Source: Phyllosticta citribraziliensis | Taxonomy: Eukaryota | Length of the DNA stretch: 64,000 nt | NCBI RefSeq assembly: GCF_038025025.1 | Contig: NW_027117340.1 | Coordinates: 1-64,000 of the forward strand | Direction: 5' to 3' | Shown: positions 59,410 to 64,000 of the stretch, in pieces | Layout: each line of letters begins with the position of its first letter | How positions within the stretch are numbered: the stretch's first letter is position 1 | Program-made: the position numbers and the translations under genes | Notes under the pieces: model-generated | Database searches by the model: none | Told to the model about the DNA's origin: nothing | The model's input: only the letters and a program-made list of their open reading frames with translations

Positions 59410-61476
59410 ATGGCTACTCCAGACGTTTCCATCCCGGCCCTTCCAAACGGCACTGCTTCACACTCCAAGTCGTCTGTTGCTAGCCATGTCGAGGAGCTGC
59501 CTCTGAAGAAAGATCCACCTGCAGACCTCCCGTACCCCCGCCTCGTTAACGAAAATGGAACACGGGACGACTTTGACTTGGAAGACCACCCCATCGACGA
59601 AGTGCGCCCATTAAAGGTGAGCTCTCCGCCCTTTGCAAACGACACGTGCCAACCAGCTAGGTCGCCATTGTCGGAACGGGCCTTGCCGGCGTCACGGCTG
59701 GCGTCATATTGCTCCACAAAGTCCCCAAGATCCAATTGACCATAATCGACAAAAATGCCGACGTCGTATGTCCCCGCCCCTCCACCTCCACGGCCGCTCT
59801 TGTCTGACCATTCAGGGCGGCACGTGGTTCGAAAACATCTACCCCGGCGTGCGCTGCGACGTACCGTCCGTCGTCTACCAGAGCACTTTCGAGCCCAAGA
59901 ACGACTGGTCGGACGAGTTTGCGACGGGCGCCGAGATTCGCGACTACTGGCAAGGCATTGCCCGCAAGCATGGCCTGTACGACTTGATCAGGTTCAAGAC
60001 TCAGATCCAGAGAGCCGAATGGGACCCTCTGCGCTCGCAATGGAAGCTCACCACGGAAAACCTCGACACCAACGAGGTGGCTGACGAACACTACGACTTT
60101 TTCTTGCCAGCCATTGGTCACTTTAATGCGTGGAAGGTTTGTTTTCCCTCTTTTTCACGACTCATCTAACGCCAGTAGATCCCCGACTTTCCTGGCATCG
60201 ACACGTACAAAGGCTTCCTCCGTCACTCATCCCACTGGGACCCATCGTTCGACCCGACCAACAAGCGCATCGCCGTCATTGGAAATGGCGCGAGCGGCAT
60301 CCAAATCCTCCCCGAACTGCGCAAGCACGCCGCCCGCATCGACCACTACGCGCGGTCACCAACGTGGATTGCCGGCTCGCTGGGCGGCCTCGAGCGCCAG
60401 GCAGAGGCGATGCCCTTTTCCCCCGAGCAGCGCACCGCTTTCAAGGACGAAAAGAGCTACCTCGTGTTCCGCAAAGCACTGGAGAACACGTATTGGAACC
60501 GCTTCCCGTCCGTTATCAAAGGCGGACCGGAGAACGAGGCCGCGCGCGACAACTTCATCGCCCTCATGGCGAAACGGCTGCAGGGGAGGACGGACTTGCT
60601 CGAGCAGCTCGTCCCAGATTTCGCACCGCACTGCCGTCGCTTGACGCCCGGGCCGGGATATCTCGAGGCGCTGGCGCAGCCGAATGTCGAGCTGATCCGC
60701 AAGCCGATTGCGCGCTTCACCGAGACGGGCATCGTGGCTGAGGACGGCACGCTCAGGGAGGTGGACGCCGTCATCTGCTGTACGGGTGCCAACACGCACT
60801 TTGCGCCCGTCTTCCCCGTCATCAGCGGCGAGTACGATCTTTCCAAAGACTGGCTGCCAGAAGGCAAATTTGGGTACGTCCCCTACCTATCCAACAATCC
60901 TCTACAATCAACTGACACGCCCCCAGCTTCCCATACACCTACCTCGGCCTCTCGGTCCCGCACTTCCCCAACCTCCTCCTGATGTACGGGCCCTCAGCGG
61001 CGGCCGTCAGCGGCACCGTCCCGCAGAGCGCCGAGACGGCCGCCACGTACCACGCGCGGCTGCTGCGCAAGGTGTCGTGGCAAGGCTACCGCACGGCGGA
61101 GCCGCGCGCGGCCGCGGCCGACGACTTCGTGCGCTACGCCGACGCCTTCTTCCCCAAGACCGTCTTCAGCGGCAACTGCAGCAGCTGGTACAACGGCGGG
61201 CGGCCCGGCGGCCGCATCCACGGCATCTGGCCTGGCAGCGGCGCGCACCTCAACTGGGCGCGGCGCGAGACGCGGTGGGAGGATTGGGAGTGGGGGTTTG
61301 GCGAAGACGAGGAGGCGGACGGGGAAGGGAAGGGGTGGCGCCACAATCGGTTTGCGTGGTTGGGCAATGGGCGCATGAGCAAGGAGTTTGTCGAGGGTGC
61401 GGATTTGCTGTCGTGGATGCAGTTGCCGTCGCAGATCGACTTGCGGGATTATCATGAGCGGTGGTGGGATGCGTAG
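59410..61476 (+). CDS. FAD-binding monooxygenase (FMO/BVMO, StcW-like)
   Basis: GTGLAG, GGTWFENIYPGVRCD, YKGFLRHSSHWD, GNGASG, CRRLTPG and CSSWYNGG motifs. Four introns; divergent from bioB. Confidence 0.9.
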
Positions 61477-61685
61477 GCTGGATACACTTGTGTGAAGGAG
61501 GGATAGATGTGTAGATGGATACGCTAGACTGACTGCATCACAATTTCAAGAAGACGTACATACGGCGCCTGGACGCGGCCCAACTGCAAAACCCTGACCC
61601 AACTCGACTCAAGAAGTCCCCCAGGTGACTCGCCGACGACCAACACCCCCTATTCGCAGGTCGGTATCCAACACCACAGCACCCT

Positions 61686-62435
61686 TCACTCCTCACGAAT
61701 ACACAGCTCCTCCATCTCCCTCTCCTTCTCCCTTTCCTTCTCCTCCTCTCTCTCCCTCTCCCTCATCGTCAACCGCCGCTCCTGACACTTGTACTTGCGC
61801 CGCAGATCAACGCGCGACACCTGGCGGTGCGTGACGAGCGACGGCAGCGTAGAGCGGCGGGGGAGGCCGACTCTCTCTTTCTCCTTCTCCTTCTCCTTGT
61901 CTCTCTCCTCCTTCTCCTTCTCAATGTCCCTCTCCTCCTTGTCCTTCGCCACGTCTTCCCTTTCCACCCTGCCTTTGCCGTTGCCCTTCTCCTTCTTCAA
62001 GCTCCTCAAGCTTTTCAAGCTCCGCAAACTCCGGAGACTCGCCATGTGCTGCACCCTCTTCTTGCCCTCATCACTCCTTTCTTTCTTCTGACACTCCCCC
62101 TTGTCCGCCGCCGTATTGCTCTCATCCCCACAAACGCGCACCGGCCGACACGTCTCGGAGCCGCCGGGCGAGCCGCCAAATACGGCAGCCGCGTACGCGG
62201 CGTTGGACAGCGACAGCGTGCTCAGGCTGTGCAGCAGGCGGCTGGGGTGGTGCAGGCGGAAGTGGGCGTGCTTTGGCGGGGGCGTGGGGGTGTGGGGGCG
62301 CTGCTGTTGCGCGCGGCGGTTGGTGATGGTGCTGGGGTTGTGGTTGGCGATGTGGTGGGAATTTGAGGGGGTGGTGGGGTGCGGGGACTGCCGGTGGGAG
62401 CGAGAGCGCCGGGGCGTGGAGTGTGTGCAGCCCAT
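61686..62435 (-). CDS. Orphan low-complexity protein, MGCxxS lipidation motif
   Basis: 249-aa ORF with an AAAATGG start, MGCTHS N-terminus, (SLR/SLK)5 and EKER repeats. No recognisable domain. Confidence 0.45.
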   Translation of the reverse strand: MGCTHSTPRRSRSHRQSPHPTTPSNSHHIANHNPSTITNRRAQQQRPHTPTPPPKHAHFRLHHPSRLLHSLSTLSLSNAAYAAAVFGGSPGGSETCRPVRVCGDESNTAADKGECQKKERSDEGKKRVQHMASLRSLRSLKSLRSLKKEKGNGKGRVEREDVAKDKEERDIEKEKEERDKEKEKEKERVGLPRRSTLPSLVTHRQVSRVDLRRKYKCQERRLTMREREREEEKEREKEREMEELCIREE

Positions 62436-64000
62436 TTTGATTGGTTTTGGCGTTGGTTTTGAGGTTTGCGTGGAGCGGGCGAGCGGGCGGGTGGCTATTG
62501 TGTGTGGTTGTTTTGGGTATTGGAGGTTGGCTGGCTGGGCTGGGTCTGTCTTTCTGTCTGTCTATACTCCTGTCAGTCTTTCCGCCAAATCCGTACCCTA
62601 CTCTCCTTTGCAGTAAATGACAGACATACCTTCTTCTTTCTCTCTCCTCTCTTCCCTTCCCTCTCAAGATCCAACAAGCAAGCAAGCAAGCGGCAAAGGC
62701 GAGAAAGAGTTGCCAGCGCGCCACAGTGCCTCAGTAGCGTCGTTGCCTTCTCAGACAGCGGCGAGACGAACAGCAGCGCGTGCAAAAGAGAGCCGAGAAG
62801 CTGTGCTCCCTTCCAGTATACCTCTCGTTCTTCCTGCGACCGCGCAGTCTTGGTCTTGATTGTCCAACGGGTATTTCTCCAGAGCGGCCGCGAAAGGAGC
62901 GCCAGCAGCGACGCGTTGGCAAAAGAGCGGCGAGCAGTGTTGGCCGAGGAGAGGCGCGTGGAGTTGAGCGAGAAGGCCAAGGGACGTGCAAGAGGTTGGG
63001 TTCCAAGATGTAGGTAGGCGGAAGAGGAGCAGAGGTGGCCGTGGAGAGTGGAGGGGACGCGTGAGGCTGTTTTCGGGACAGTGGTGCCGTCAAGTTTTAT
63101 TTGCGCGGGCAGCGTGCGGTGATGCGAGCTATCTCGGCATAGGAGTTGTTTGTCGTCGTGGGTTGGCGGCGGGCGTGGGTGGGCACTGCTGGTTCACACG
63201 GCGATACTGGATACTGAGGCTTCTTTGGTGACTAGGAACCTATCTATCATACACATTCAAGTCCAAATTGGAGGTGATTGAGGGATCTTTAAATGGCGGC
63301 CGAATTTGGGAAGCTCTCAAAAATCGAACATTGTGTGTTGGTTTGATTAGATTTGGCCGTAGCAGTCACCTCAGGACGTCTCCAGCGCAAAATCTCTCAG
63401 TCCGTCCTGAGACTCTGGCATACACAGGCCTATCCATCATCCTTAGATGAGAGAACGCGGCTATCTTCCCAGCCCAGTAGGAAGCAGGAGACTCAGCACC
63501 GGCGGACCTACTTCATCGCAACAGAACCACTGTTGCAGCTTGGTATGCAGCACAAGCGCATCGACCCAAGCATCCGCACTCCAAGGACCAAGCGGCCGAC
63601 CTTGGGCTAAACAAGACGTCAGTGAACGTGTGCCAACTGTTCGACGCCGCCCATTCGCGCATCCAACACTTCTACATCCCGCACCCCACACGTCCTCTGC
63701 GACTCCATCACTTTCAAAAAGCGGCGATTTCTTTGCTCTCGGCGCAGCTGGACGTATTGTTTTGGCACAAGACCCGCGCTGCCTTTTTCTCTTTGCATCT
63801 CTTTTGCCGCGACGTCGACCTGCGCGCTGCCACAACAACACTCGGCAGACGTCAACACCAACACCACCGTCCAAAAAGCGTGGCCCATTTTCGCTTTGAG
63901 CGCACCGTTCCCTGAGCACCGTGGCTCTTGGTGATTGCCGCTTCGAATTTGTCTGGAGCTCCTCTGGTCCAACTCTTACTGGCTGGCAAGTCTCATCCGT

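Noticed and set aside
2298..62616. Many long antisense or alternate-frame ORFs in the track (e.g. 3713-4351, 8908-9672, 24745-25524, 33205-34005, 55396-56415)
   Set aside because: They are shadows of GC-rich real genes on the other strand or frame, with no domain motifs.
62573..64000. Short ORFs at the right end of the window
   Set aside because: No motifs or convincing splice structure; cannot be supported from the sequence alone.

Overview
This is the left end of a filamentous ascomycete (Pezizomycotina) chromosome. It begins with about 19 copies of the telomere repeat CCCTAA (1-113), followed by a ~2.2 kb extremely AT-rich, RIP-like degenerate block. A compact block of conserved housekeeping genes follows immediately: Pcp1/pericentrin-like, Ecd/SGT1, Tsr4/PDCD2L, eIF3k and a LETM1-like gene. 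Next is an accessory redox/detox region with two SDRs, two Zn-ADHs, RTA1, a tiny spliced metallothionein, a BVMO, a PDR-type ABC transporter and a Zn2Cys6 factor. After it come a 5'-truncated ZNFX1-like RZ-finger gene, a carboxylesterase, a polyol dehydrogenase-sugar porter-Gal4-like TF trio, a GH79 gene, a possible HEPN protein, and the bioDA-bioF-bioB biotin cluster next to an FMO/BVMO. The ORF track does not reveal the best signals: (i) five Gal4-type CGG-N11-CCG sites (three overlapping CreA sites) in front of the dehydrogenase and transporter that sit beside a Gal4-like TF, which looks like a self-contained GAL-style regulon for an unknown polyol; (ii) a U44-like box C/D snoRNA in the long eIF3k intron; (iii) a 32-aa two-exon metallothionein. 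Gene models and intron boundaries were read by eye and no database searches were run.
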